NCBI GenBank assembly: GCA_001818495.1 | Contig: MHKS01000004.1 | Coordinates: 161,235-225,234, forward strand | DNA: 64,000 nt | Reading direction: 5' to 3' | Origin: Candidatus Komeilibacteria bacterium RIFOXYD1_FULL_37_29 | GTDB taxonomy: Bacteria; Patescibacteriota; Patescibacteriia; UBA1558; GWA2-36-10 | Part shown: piece after piece, positions 37,878 through 47,439 of the stretch | Position numbering within the stretch: position 1 is the stretch's first letter | Layout of the letters: the number at the start of each line of letters is the position of its first letter | Notes under the pieces: generated by a model | Databases searched by the model: none | Told to the model about the DNA's origin: nothing | What the model saw: the letters and a program-made list of their open reading frames with translations, nothing else | Position numbers and translations under genes: made by a program

Positions 37878-39443
37878 ATGTCAAATATAAAAAAAAGAAA
37901 TTTACCTTTGTTTTTGTTGATTTTGGACGGCTGGGGGATTTGGAAAGAAAAAAAAGGCAATGCCATTGCCCTGGCCAAGACGCCAGTGATCAACGGACTT
38001 TATAAAAAATATCCGCATACTTTACTGCAAGCGTCAGCCAAGTTTGTGGGCCTACCTAGCGGTCAGCCAGGAAATTCCGAAGCTGGCCACATGAATATTG
38101 GTGCTGGTCGAGTAGTCGAGCAAGATGCTGTTATTATTTCCAAAAGCATCAACAACGGCACATTTTTTAAAAATCCAGCATTTTTGCAAGCGGCTCGCCA
38201 CGCCAGTGACAATAATTCCAATATCCACCTGATGGGGCTTTTATCAGATGGCTCCAGTCCACACTCCGACATTGATCATCTATTGTCTCTGATTACTTTT
38301 TTTACCAGTCGGACTAAACAAAAAATCTATTTGCATCTTTTTACTGATGGGCGTGATTCACCACCCTTTGCCGCTTTGAAAATTCTTAGTCAATATAAAT
38401 CTGTTTTTAATTCTAATCGGGTTAGTGTGGCGACCATCATGGGTCGGTTTTATGCCATGGATAGAAAAAAATCTTGGGCTAGAACCAAACAAGCTTTTGG
38501 TGCTTTGGTTATGGGTAAAGGTTATCTGATTAAATCAGCTACGGAGGCAGTGGAGCGGGCTTATAATCGAGGGGAAAGTGATGAGTTTATAAAACCATCA
38601 GTGGTGGTCCATAAAAATAAAAAACCAGTCGGAGCAGTACAGAGTAATGATACTATGGTATTTTTCAATTTGCGATCTGATCGCGCCCGGCAGCTGACCA
38701 AAGTTTTTGCTCAAAATGATTTTACCAAAAAAAATAAGGGAGCCTTTTCTTTGGGCCGCAAAATAACCAATTTATTGTTTGTGGCTTTGACTGATTTTGG
38801 TCCGGATTTGGAAGGCGTTTTGACAGCTTATCCGGGTATGGATGTGTCCGATACATTACCGATAGCTTTGCGCGGTTTACGTCAATGCTATATTGCCGAA
38901 ACCGAAAAATACGCCCATGTTACTTACTTTTTAAACGGTGGTTATGATCATCCAGTGGCCAATGAAGATTGGGTCAATATTCCTTCCAAAGATGTAGACT
39001 CTTATGCTGATCAGCCGGAGATGAGTACCAATGAGCTCACCAAAAGAGTCTTGGGTGATTTAAAAGATAATCCTTATGATTTTGTTCTGATGAATTTTGC
39101 GGCGCCTGATATGGTGGGGCACACTGGTAATCTTAAAGCGGGTATTAAAGCAGTGGAAATAGTTGATAAGGCGGTTGGTCAAATTATTGAGGCAGTGTTG
39201 GCTAAAAAAGGCACGATCATTATCACCGCTGATCATGGTAATATCGAAGAAATGATTAATCTTTCTACTGATGAGATTGATACTGAACACTCTATCAATC
39301 CAGTACCTTTTATTGTTATCAATCACCGTAGTTATAAATTGAAAAAAAATGGTAAATTATCCAATATTGCACCAACTATTTTAGATATTTTTGGTATTCA
39401 AAAACCAAAACTCATGAATGAAAAATCTTTAATTGTTAAATAA
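37878..39443 (+). CDS. gpmI: 2,3-bisphosphoglycerate-independent phosphoglycerate mutase (copy 1)
   Basis: LLILDGWGI, the GNSEAGHMNIGAGR catalytic-Ser motif and C-terminal ITADHGN are present. Confidence 0.85.
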   Translation: MSNIKKRNLPLFLLILDGWGIWKEKKGNAIALAKTPVINGLYKKYPHTLLQASAKFVGLPSGQPGNSEAGHMNIGAGRVVEQDAVIISKSINNGTFFKNPAFLQAARHASDNNSNIHLMGLLSDGSSPHSDIDHLLSLITFFTSRTKQKIYLHLFTDGRDSPPFAALKILSQYKSVFNSNRVSVATIMGRFYAMDRKKSWARTKQAFGALVMGKGYLIKSATEAVERAYNRGESDEFIKPSVVVHKNKKPVGAVQSNDTMVFFNLRSDRARQLTKVFAQNDFTKKNKGAFSLGRKITNLLFVALTDFGPDLEGVLTAYPGMDVSDTLPIALRGLRQCYIAETEKYAHVTYFLNGGYDHPVANEDWVNIPSKDVDSYADQPEMSTNELTKRVLGDLKDNPYDFVLMNFAAPDMVGHTGNLKAGIKAVEIVDKAVGQIIEAVLAKKGTIIITADHGNIEEMINLSTDEIDTEHSINPVPFIVINHRSYKLKKNGKLSNIAPTILDIFGIQKPKLMNEKSLIVK

Positions 39444-39467
39444 AATTAATATTGAATTAACTGAAAT

Positions 39468-41045
39468 ATGAAAAGACCACGTCCAGTTGTACTCATTATT
39501 TTAGATGGTTTCGGTATTGCACCGCCTTCTCGGGCCAATGCTATTTCTTTGGCTAAGACGCCAAATTTTGATAAATATTCTCAAAATTATCCGATTATGC
39601 CGATAGCGGCTAGTGGTGAAGCAGTGGGACTTTCTTGGGGAGAAATGGGCAATTCTCAAGTCGGGCATCTTTCTTTGGGTTCGGGTGTTATCCCTTATCA
39701 AAATTTGCCTCGCCTTAGTAAGGCGATTGTCGATGGAGAATTTTATCAAAACGAAGCTTTTTTAAAGGCTTGTCAAAATGTTAAAAAAGGTGGCGGAGCT
39801 TTACATTTGATTGGTTTGGTCAGTTCTGGTGGTATTCATAGTTACAATGAACATCTCTATGCTTTGATAGATTTGGCTCATCAGCAAAAAATAACCAAGG
39901 TCTATGTTCATGCCTTTTTAGACGGACGAGATACACCATATAATAGTGGCATTAATTTTATTAGTAAACTTCAAGAGAAATTGAAAAATGTTGGTGTCGG
40001 TACTATTGCTAGTTTGAGTGGTCGTTTTTGGGCTATGGACAGAGACAATCGCTGGGATAGAATTGAGAAAGCTTGGCGCGTCATGGTGGACGGTCAGTCT
40101 GATGAGAAGTTTGAAGATCCACTAGTAGCTATTCAAAAATCTTATGACAAAAAAGTTTACGATGAGGAATTTAATCCCACAATAATTACCAATGATCTTG
40201 GTCAGCCACGAGGAACTATTAAAGACGGGGATAGTGTCATATTTTTTAACTTTCGTTCTGATAGGGCCCGGCAGTTGACCCAAGCGCTCACTTTGCCTGG
40301 CTTTGAAAAGTTTAAAAGAGCTTATTTTAAAAATCTTTTTATGGTCACTATGACCCAATATGAAAAAGATTTGCCGGTCGCTGTGGCTTTTCCGCCGTTA
40401 GATATTGCTATGCCACTAGCTCGGGTTTTGTCGGAAGCCGGATTAAAGCAGTTCCATATCGCCGAAACCGAAAAGTATGCGCACGTTACTTATTTTTTTA
40501 ACGGTGGTAAAGAAACTGTCTATGAAGGCGAGGACAGGGTCCTGGTGCCATCACCCCAGGTTACTTCTTATGATCAAAAGCCGGCTATGTCCGCTCGCGA
40601 ACTGGCTTCCAAAATTAACCAAGCGATCAAAGAGAGTCAATATGATTTTATTGTAGTCAATTTTGCCAATCCCGATATGGTAGGACATACTGGCAATATG
40701 CAAGCCACTATTGAAGCTATTGAAATATTGGATCAGTTGGTTGGAGAAATAGTTGATACTATCCTGTCTTATGGCGGAGTAGCTTTGATTACAGCTGATC
40801 ATGGTAATGCTGAAAAACTTTATGATCTGCAGAGCGGAGAAATCAATAAAGAGCATTCCAACAATCCAGTACCTTTTTTTATTGTAGGCGATGAATATGC
40901 TGGTAAAAGCGTCTTGGCTGGAAATATTGGTACGGAATTAAGCCATGTGACTCCAGTGGGAGTTTTGGCCGATGTACCACCAACCATACTAAAAATTATG
41001 GGAATAAAAAAACCACCAGAGATGACGGGCAGTTCTTTGATTTAA
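39468..41045 (+). CDS. gpmI: 2,3-bisphosphoglycerate-independent phosphoglycerate mutase (copy 2, divergent tandem paralogue)
   Basis: LIILDGFGI, GNSQVGHLSLGSG and ITADHGNAEKL are present. The two copies share the motif skeleton but differ widely elsewhere. Confidence 0.85.
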   Translation: MKRPRPVVLIILDGFGIAPPSRANAISLAKTPNFDKYSQNYPIMPIAASGEAVGLSWGEMGNSQVGHLSLGSGVIPYQNLPRLSKAIVDGEFYQNEAFLKACQNVKKGGGALHLIGLVSSGGIHSYNEHLYALIDLAHQQKITKVYVHAFLDGRDTPYNSGINFISKLQEKLKNVGVGTIASLSGRFWAMDRDNRWDRIEKAWRVMVDGQSDEKFEDPLVAIQKSYDKKVYDEEFNPTIITNDLGQPRGTIKDGDSVIFFNFRSDRARQLTQALTLPGFEKFKRAYFKNLFMVTMTQYEKDLPVAVAFPPLDIAMPLARVLSEAGLKQFHIAETEKYAHVTYFFNGGKETVYEGEDRVLVPSPQVTSYDQKPAMSARELASKINQAIKESQYDFIVVNFANPDMVGHTGNMQATIEAIEILDQLVGEIVDTILSYGGVALITADHGNAEKLYDLQSGEINKEHSNNPVPFFIVGDEYAGKSVLAGNIGTELSHVTPVGVLADVPPTILKIMGIKKPPEMTGSSLI

Positions 41046-41048
41046 AAA

Positions 41049-41483
41049 TTATTTAATTATATTAAGCAGTAGATAAGTGCTTACCACACTGATCAGCAGT
41101 CCGACTAGTATCTCAGTCATGGTGTGTCCGTAGCGTTCGTTTAGTATAGGGAATTTGTATTCTTCTTTATCGGGCAATTTTTTTATTAGATGATTTATAA
41201 TTTGCGCTTGTTTACCCAATTTTCGTCTGATGCCAGCGGCATCTTTGACAATGACAATAGATATGATAAGAGCGATGGCAAACTCGGGAGAGCTTACTCC
41301 TTGAAAATACCCCATAGTAATCAAAAGAGAGGTGGCCAAAGCGGTGTGTGATGATGGCATGCCACCATAGGAAAAAATCTGTGACCAGGAGAATTCACCT
41401 TTGACCATAAAAATGATTATTTTTATAATCTGATTGATAATCAGAGCCAGGAGGGGGATAATGAAAAACTTGTATTCGAACAT
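41049..41483 (-). CDS. divergent PAP2-family (DUF212) membrane protein
   Basis: YGGMPSSHTALATSL is the signature of the divergent PAP2 / acid-phosphatase-like family. It has four TM segments. Confidence 0.65.
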   Translation of the reverse strand: MFEYKFFIIPLLALIINQIIKIIIFMVKGEFSWSQIFSYGGMPSSHTALATSLLITMGYFQGVSSPEFAIALIISIVIVKDAAGIRRKLGKQAQIINHLIKKLPDKEEYKFPILNERYGHTMTEILVGLLISVVSTYLLLNIIK

Positions 41484-41543
41484 ATTTGATTTTTTGAATA
41501 TATTATTATAGAGTTATTATAACAGAAAAATAAACTAAGTAAA

Positions 41544-42305
41544 ATGGGAACTTTTGAAGCATTATTATTAAGTCTAGTCCAAGGCGTAGCCGAGTGGCTG
41601 CCGATATCCAGTGATGGACACTTGGTTTTGTTTGAAAAATTATTTGATATTCAAGAGGCCAATTTATCTTTTGATGTGTTTTTGCATTTGGCATCTTTGT
41701 TGCTTATGTTGTTATTTTTTAGAAAACAGATTATTGAGATTATTAGGGGATTTTTTAATAGAAAATTAGTTAGCGGACAGACCGAGCCAAGAAAAAATTG
41801 GTGGTGGCTAATAATTTTATCTAGCTTTTTTACAGCGATTGTTGCTTATTATTTATCTGACAAAATAGCTTATTTTAGAACCATCAACGATGTCGGTAAT
41901 TGGCTGTTTATTACCTCTATTTTTTTATTAGCTAGCAAATTTAGCAGAGGAGAAAAGTCTATTGGCTGGAAGGAAGCGGTGATTTTAGGTATCTTTCAAG
42001 GATTTGCCGTACTACCAGGTTTATCTAGAAGTGGCACAGTGATAGCTATGGCCTTGGTTATGAAAATAAAAAAAGAAGATGCTTTTGATTATGGTTTCAT
42101 CGTGGCTATTCCGGCTATCATCGGCGCATTTTTGTTGACCGTCAAAGATTTTCATTTTGAATCAATTTATATTTTAGCTTTTATTGCCACTTTTATCATT
42201 AGCTATTTTTCTCTCAAACTTTTGAAATTGATTATGAAGCGCGATTATTTTTATTTATTTTTTATCTATACTCTGATTTTGTCATTAATTATCAAATTAA
42301 ATTAA
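41544..42305 (+). CDS. uppP: undecaprenyl-diphosphatase
   Basis: It has EWLPISSDGHL (the EWLPISSSGHL motif) and a later GLSRSG motif. Confidence 0.85.
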   Translation: MGTFEALLLSLVQGVAEWLPISSDGHLVLFEKLFDIQEANLSFDVFLHLASLLLMLLFFRKQIIEIIRGFFNRKLVSGQTEPRKNWWWLIILSSFFTAIVAYYLSDKIAYFRTINDVGNWLFITSIFLLASKFSRGEKSIGWKEAVILGIFQGFAVLPGLSRSGTVIAMALVMKIKKEDAFDYGFIVAIPAIIGAFLLTVKDFHFESIYILAFIATFIISYFSLKLLKLIMKRDYFYLFFIYTLILSLIIKLN

Positions 42306-43358
42306 ATGCTTTATCCAATTATATTATCAGGGGGCATCGGGACTAGATTGTGGCCAGTGTCTAGTCAGAAAAATCCCAAGCAGTTTCAGAAATTTTTTAA
42401 TGATCAGACGTTATTACAAAATACCTATCGTCGTATTTTGAGTGGTTTTGATAAGAAAAATGTTTTTGTGGTTGGTAAGCTAGAAGCCAGAGATTATATA
42501 AAATCGCAAATTGACATTGCCAGTGGAAATATTATTACTGAACCGCAGACCAAGGGTACCGCCATGGCTATTGGTCTAGCAGCCCTCAAGATTTCCCAGT
42601 TAAGTCCACAAACCAATGTCGTGATTGTCAATAGCGATCATTTTATCAAAGACGAAAAGAAATATATAAAGTTATTGAAAGACTCGGAAAAAATACTGGA
42701 CGAAAAATATCCTGATAAATTTATTTTAGCCGGTATTAAGCCGACTTATCCAGAGACAGGTTATGGCTATATCAAAGTAGGTAAAAAGTTGGGTAATGAT
42801 TTATTTTTAGTTGATTCTTTTAAAGAAAAACCAGATTATTCTACTGCTGAGCAGTACATCAAAGAAGGCTTTTTGTGGAATCCAGCCATTTTTTTGTTTA
42901 AAGCTAAAAATTTATTGGCCTGGTATGACCAATATTTACCAGAGACTTTCCGGGCTCTCACCGCTATTTCTAAAGACTGGTCACCAGCCAATTTAACTAA
43001 CCAGTATAGTAAAGTGGACAATATATCCATTGATTATGGACTGTTAGAAAAAATGTCTGATATGCTCCTGATAAAAACGGATATTGATTGGGCGGATATT
43101 GGCTCTTGGCGTAGCTTGCGGGATATTTTATCCGACAATAAAAAAACCAATATTTCCAATGTTAAAAACGTGACGATTGATAGCCATAATAATTTATTTT
43201 ATGCATCTTCCGGCAAATTGATCGCCACTATTGGGGTAGAGGATATGGTGCTGGTAGAAACAGAAGATGTAATATTTTTGTGTCCGGCTGAGCGCGCTCA
43301 AGATGTCAAAAATTTATTGGTGGATATAAAAAAACAGAACTTAGATAAATATTTATGA
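42306..43358 (+). CDS. mannose-1-phosphate guanylyltransferase-like nucleotidyltransferase
   Basis: It has an N-terminal ILSGGIGTRLWPVS (G-G-x-G-x-R-L-x-P) sugar-nucleotidyltransferase motif. Confidence 0.75.
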   Translation: MLYPIILSGGIGTRLWPVSSQKNPKQFQKFFNDQTLLQNTYRRILSGFDKKNVFVVGKLEARDYIKSQIDIASGNIITEPQTKGTAMAIGLAALKISQLSPQTNVVIVNSDHFIKDEKKYIKLLKDSEKILDEKYPDKFILAGIKPTYPETGYGYIKVGKKLGNDLFLVDSFKEKPDYSTAEQYIKEGFLWNPAIFLFKAKNLLAWYDQYLPETFRALTAISKDWSPANLTNQYSKVDNISIDYGLLEKMSDMLLIKTDIDWADIGSWRSLRDILSDNKKTNISNVKNVTIDSHNNLFYASSGKLIATIGVEDMVLVETEDVIFLCPAERAQDVKNLLVDIKKQNLDKYL

Positions 43359-44347
43359 AAAAATTTGTTATAAAACTAGTTTTATTTTTTGTAGTGGTGG
43401 TTGGTATTTGGTTTGTCCTATTAATTGTCAGCGGTAATGGCGCTACCAATAAAACTTTTGTTATTCGTGAAGGTCAGGGGGTTAATCAAATTAGTAGTGA
43501 GCTTTATGATGCCAATCTGATAAAAAGCAAATTTGCTTTTGAAACTTGGTTGTGGTTGAAAAAATCCGAAGACAACATTATTGCCGGAGTTTATCAGATT
43601 CCCAAAGATATTTCTATCAGGCACTTGGCCAATTTATTTATTTTAGGACCGGGCCAGTCCCAATACGCTATTACTATTTTAGAGGGTTGGACTAGAGATC
43701 TAGCCAAAGCTACCTTAACAGAAGCAGAGTTGGATGCGGAAAATTTTATGACTTTGAGTGCTCGAGCTAGTGATTGGCAGAGTAATTATGACTTCTTAGC
43801 TGATACTCCAGCCGGGGCTAGTCTAGAAGGCTACATCTTTCCTGATACTTATTTTGTTGATCAGTCTACCAGTGAGGAGGATTTTATCGCCAAGACTTTG
43901 AATAATTTTGACAGAAAATTGACTCAGGAAATTAGAGATGAAATTGACCGACAAGGTAAGACAATTTTTGAAGTGGTTACCTTGGCTTCTATAGTAGAAA
44001 GAGAAGTGCCAGGACTGACGGATAAAAAAATGATCGCTGATATATTTTTAAAGCGTTTGGACTCTGGTATTGGTTTGCAATCGGATGCCACAGTCAATTA
44101 TGTGACTGGTAAAGGTTTGGCCCAACCCAGTTACGCTGATTTAGAAATTGATTCACCTTACAATACTTATAAATATCGTGGTTTGCCTCCCGGACCAATT
44201 TCTAATCCCGGTATCGATAGCATCTTAGCAGTAGTTTATCCAACAGCCAATGATTATTATTATTTTTTGACCACCAAAGATGGTGAGGTTATTTATAGTC
44301 GCACCTACGACGAGCATTTGGCCAACAAAGCTAAATATTTGGATTAA
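43355..44347 (+). CDS. mltG: endolytic murein transglycosylase MltG (YceG family)
   Basis: It has an N-terminal TM anchor. FVIREGQGVNQISSELYDANLIKSKFAF and the later LASIVEREVP follow the YceG family pattern. Confidence 0.7.
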   Translation: MKKFVIKLVLFFVVVVGIWFVLLIVSGNGATNKTFVIREGQGVNQISSELYDANLIKSKFAFETWLWLKKSEDNIIAGVYQIPKDISIRHLANLFILGPGQSQYAITILEGWTRDLAKATLTEAELDAENFMTLSARASDWQSNYDFLADTPAGASLEGYIFPDTYFVDQSTSEEDFIAKTLNNFDRKLTQEIRDEIDRQGKTIFEVVTLASIVEREVPGLTDKKMIADIFLKRLDSGIGLQSDATVNYVTGKGLAQPSYADLEIDSPYNTYKYRGLPPGPISNPGIDSILAVVYPTANDYYYFLTTKDGEVIYSRTYDEHLANKAKYLD

Positions 44348-44361
44348 ATTTAAATAAAAAG

Positions 44362-44396
44362 AATAAGCGGGTGCTGTGAAAGGCACCCGCTTTTTT
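44362..44396. terminator. bidirectional rho-independent terminator between mltG (+) and the LysM gene (-)
   Basis: aaGCGGGTGCtgtgaaagGCACCCGCtttttt is an 8-bp stem with an A-rich stretch before and a T-run after. Confidence 0.8.
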
Positions 44397-44425
44397 GCGA
44401 TCATTGGTGATCGCTTAGAGGGGGA

Positions 44426-45664
44426 CTAGTCTACCAGTCCGCCGGCATTGTCCTGCTTATGAGCAGGGGTAGTGGGCGTGGTGGGTGGGCCAGCATTGAT
44501 CAGCGAAAGGTTTTCCGCGTCAGTTCCTGCTTTGAGCGGATCTTTTTCGCAGACTTGTCCGATGACCTGCATCTTGTCGCCGACTTCGACGACTACTTGA
44601 CCACCGATCAATGACAGTCGAGCCAGAGTTCCGAAATCAGAGACGTCGATTATTCTCGCCTGTCCGTCATCGTGAGGCAGGAGAACAAATCGATTCGGGG
44701 ATGTTATACGAACTTCCCGGTACGGCTGAGCGTCAGCCGACATAGTCACTTTTTCCAGAGCATTTTTCACTGACTCTTCTTCTGTGACCACCGGCCACAC
44801 CTGCTGGTTGACTTCAACCACTTTCATGTCCTGCCGTGGTCTGATCTGATCCTTAGAAAGAGGAGTCATACCATGGCCGCCGCGGACATCATTGCCACAG
44901 CGCATCAAAGAGAGATAGAAAGACCCGCCATCATCGAGGAAACACTGCCAGGCTGGTGTCCAATCTGGGATATTTTTTTCCACCGGATTATTGGATTCGC
45001 CGTAGCAGATTAGCATCGGGCCTTTGACATCGACGGCTACGATACGAGTAATATGAACCAGGGGCGGCATGAATCGTGTTTCCTGAACACTCATAGCGAG
45101 TCGCTCGTTTTCATACATATTCGTAAAGTAAGCCACAGCAGCTTCGACTGTTGGCAGTCCGCCTTCCACTCGATCGGGACCATAGTAGGGGTCCTCGACC
45201 TTGCGTCGGTTGTCATTGTCGCGTTTGGCTCTTTCTAAGCCAAATTTGTACATCACCCATGCAACGGCCACCAGCAATAGCCCGATGAGCCAGTCGGCCA
45301 TTTTGTCTGCTGGCAGATCAGCATAAACAACCTTTGGCACACGAACCGTATCAGTTTTAGTGGTGGCCAGATTGTGGCCACCAATCATAAACCGAAACAG
45401 TCGGAGCATAGAGGGAGGGACGTTCAACCTGTCGCCAGGTCTGATTAAATCAGCATCATCAAGTTGAGGATTAAATCTAACCAGTTCCTGCCACAAGGTC
45501 GGATCGCTGAACGCTATTCCCCACTGACCGACTCGGTCGTCATTGTCCACGATGTAATCGTAGGACCCGTCAGCCTGCTCAATGAGCTGGCCTTTCGGAG
45601 TCTGGGCACCGCAGAGGCTGACCGTCGTGATCAGTAGTAACATAACGTACCAAATACGTAGCAT
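44426..45664 (-). CDS. LysM-domain membrane protein, compositionally foreign (G+C-rich)
   Basis: It has an N-terminal signal-like segment. A LysM-like motif YIVDNDDRVGQWGIAF...LVRFNPQLDDADLIRPGDRLNVP is followed by a TM helix ADWLIGLLLVAVAWVMY and about 270 aa of unknown domain. Sampled stretches are about half G+C, against roughly one third to two fifths elsewhere (by eye). Confidence 0.6.
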   Translation of the reverse strand: MLRIWYVMLLLITTVSLCGAQTPKGQLIEQADGSYDYIVDNDDRVGQWGIAFSDPTLWQELVRFNPQLDDADLIRPGDRLNVPPSMLRLFRFMIGGHNLATTKTDTVRVPKVVYADLPADKMADWLIGLLLVAVAWVMYKFGLERAKRDNDNRRKVEDPYYGPDRVEGGLPTVEAAVAYFTNMYENERLAMSVQETRFMPPLVHITRIVAVDVKGPMLICYGESNNPVEKNIPDWTPAWQCFLDDGGSFYLSLMRCGNDVRGGHGMTPLSKDQIRPRQDMKVVEVNQQVWPVVTEEESVKNALEKVTMSADAQPYREVRITSPNRFVLLPHDDGQARIIDVSDFGTLARLSLIGGQVVVEVGDKMQVIGQVCEKDPLKAGTDAENLSLINAGPPTTPTTPAHKQDNAGGLVD

Positions 45665-45735
45665 TAGCTACCTCCATTAAATTAAACAGTTTCAACTACA
45701 GTTATCTGTAGCTGGGAGACAGGCGATTTTGTTGT

Positions 45736-45786
45736 TTTTCGCTTCTCCCCCAAATACCACCAAAATACTTAGGGGAAAAGCGAAAA
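45736..45786. repeat. 15-bp inverted repeat (TTTTCGCTTCTCCCC / GGGGAAAAGCGAAAA, 1 mismatch) with a 21-nt spacer in the divergent intergenic region of the G+C-rich island
   Basis: Seen directly in the sequence. It could be an operator or an element-end remnant. Confidence 0.7.
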
Positions 45787-45943
45787 GTAGACTACTTTTT
45801 AAGGAGCATTTAATATAGAATAGTGCCATATTTTATTATTTTTGTCAATGATTATAGGGTGGTTATAATTGACAAAATATTGATTTTATGATATAATAGA
45901 GTAATTGATTGAGAAATAGTAAATTATTGAAAATTTTAATAGA

Positions 45944-46648
45944 TTGGAGCAAATCATGTTCTTTGGCAACAGAATTTTTGGCTGCTTGATTTTTATTGGC
46001 CTATTCATCATTCTGGTCACTGATCTTCAAGCCGGTGTCAGACATCGTGGTAACGTTTTCAATTGGGGTACTGATTGGCAGCCTCCACGGGCAGAAGCTC
46101 GACTCAATGTGGAAAATGATCTTTCCCCACTGCTTCATTCTCGTATTCAAGGGGTCTGCTATGACCTTTTGGAGGCAAAAGATAAACCTTTTTATCTTTA
46201 TTGGGGCCTGGGTTTCCGGCGTGGAAATCTGATGCTGGAGCCAGCTATTGGTTGGTCCTTTAGAGATAAGGAGTTAGTCGGAGCCTTTCGGCTCTATCCC
46301 CAGTGGAAAGATTGGTTTGGATACTCCAATGTGGAGTATCAATTTGAGACTAGGTCTTTCTACTATCTAGCCCAACTGGGCAAGAAATTTAACCCATTCT
46401 TTGAAATGGGGATGGAAATAGAGGGTTGGGGAGATATCGACGACAATCTCCAAAGTAACGGTTTAGGCGTGAATTTTGCCTTCAATTTGCAGGGGCTAAA
46501 AAGATTTAAAGCCCAAGAATCAAAGTTGCGAGTAGAGGCAGCTATTCAGTACCGTGAGCTGGATAGCCAGTGGAAACCACAGGCTGTAGTAAGATTGATT
46601 CTGACCCCCAAGATAGATCAACACACCCCGTCTCATCGGAGGGACTAA
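45944..46648 (+). CDS. hypothetical secreted or membrane beta-rich protein (G+C-rich; possibly beta-barrel-like)
   Basis: It has an N-terminal hydrophobic segment FGCLIFIGLFIILVTDLQA. Alternating hydrophobic and aromatic patterns (NVEYQFETRSFYYLAQL, LGVNFAFNL, VVRLILTP) are present. A TTGTCA-17-TATAAT promoter lies upstream inside an 8-bp inverted repeat. Confidence 0.45.
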   Translation: MEQIMFFGNRIFGCLIFIGLFIILVTDLQAGVRHRGNVFNWGTDWQPPRAEARLNVENDLSPLLHSRIQGVCYDLLEAKDKPFYLYWGLGFRRGNLMLEPAIGWSFRDKELVGAFRLYPQWKDWFGYSNVEYQFETRSFYYLAQLGKKFNPFFEMGMEIEGWGDIDDNLQSNGLGVNFAFNLQGLKRFKAQESKLRVEAAIQYRELDSQWKPQAVVRLILTPKIDQHTPSHRRD

Positions 46649-46655
46649 AGTCAAA

Positions 46656-46706
46656 AGAGCCCGTTGGGCTACTGTCATAAACAGTAGTTTCGGCGGGCTT
46701 TTCTCT
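46656..46706 (+). terminator. nested stem-loop terminator after the island gene
   Basis: It has an outer stem AGAGCCCG/CGGGCTtT enclosing an inner stem CTACTGT-cataa-ACAGTAG, followed by TTTTCTCTT. Confidence 0.5.
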
Positions 46707-46734
46707 TGACAATATTATATTTTTCCTATATACT
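46706..46734 (+). promoter_or_regulatory. sigma70-type promoter for rplJ-rplL (TTGACA, 17-nt spacer, TATACT)
   Basis: Read directly from the sequence. It lies about 140 nt upstream of rplJ. Confidence 0.55.
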
Positions 46735-46744
46735 ATTTTTAGAA

Positions 46745-46876
46745 ATTAAATATAGATAGCCGTAGACAGTGGGTTTTGAGCTAGAATTAGCTCAAATTAA
46801 AGATCCTACCGAGGTGAAAAAGATAAATTTTTCAATGTCTGCGCTATTTACGCAGATTTTTTAATTAATAAAAATT
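46745..46876 (+). promoter_or_regulatory. rplJ 5' leader with L10-leader-like hairpins and an intrinsic attenuator directly before the start codon
   Basis: It contains a hairpin GAGCTAgaatTAGCTC (46778-46793) and a hairpin TCTGCGctatttaCGCAGA plus TTTTTT (46838-46862), 15 nt before the ATG. L10(L12)4 autoregulation of rplJL via a leader structure is established knowledge. Confidence 0.5.
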
Positions 46877-47401
46877 ATGCCAAAAAGTAAAATACAAAAA
46901 CAAGAGGCCTTAAAATCTCTAGAGGAAAAGCTCAAAGACAGCAAGGCAGTAGTTTTTAGTTCTGATACTGGTTCCAATGTTAAGACCATTGAATCATTAC
47001 GCAAAGAATTAAAAGCTAATAATGCCGAATATTTGGTAGTCAAGAAGACCCTGCTTAAAAAAGCTATCAAAGATATGGGTGAGACCGACCAATTGGATCA
47101 ATTGGCTGGTTCTGTAGCTTTGACCTTGTCTTATCAAGACGAAGTCTCTGCTGCTAAAATTTTAAATAAGTATGCCAAGGACAGCGAAACTTTGAAGATG
47201 GCTGGCGGTATTTTAGAAAAAAGTTTTATTATGCCAGAAATGGTCAAACGTTTGGCCACTTTGCCTTCTCGAGAAGAGCTGTTGACCAAGTTGGTTGGCT
47301 CGCTAAATAGTTCCATTAGTGGTTTGGTCAGAGTTTTAGCTGGTACAACACGCAATTTTGTCGGAGTACTAAGGGCTATCAAAGATAGTAAGAATAATTA
47401 A
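46877..47401 (+). CDS. rplJ: 50S ribosomal protein L10
   Basis: Its sequence and its position before rplL fit L10. Confidence 0.9.
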   Translation: MPKSKIQKQEALKSLEEKLKDSKAVVFSSDTGSNVKTIESLRKELKANNAEYLVVKKTLLKKAIKDMGETDQLDQLAGSVALTLSYQDEVSAAKILNKYAKDSETLKMAGGILEKSFIMPEMVKRLATLPSREELLTKLVGSLNSSISGLVRVLAGTTRNFVGVLRAIKDSKNN

Positions 47402-47439
47402 TCAATTTATATAATAATATTTAAGAAAGGATAAATAAT

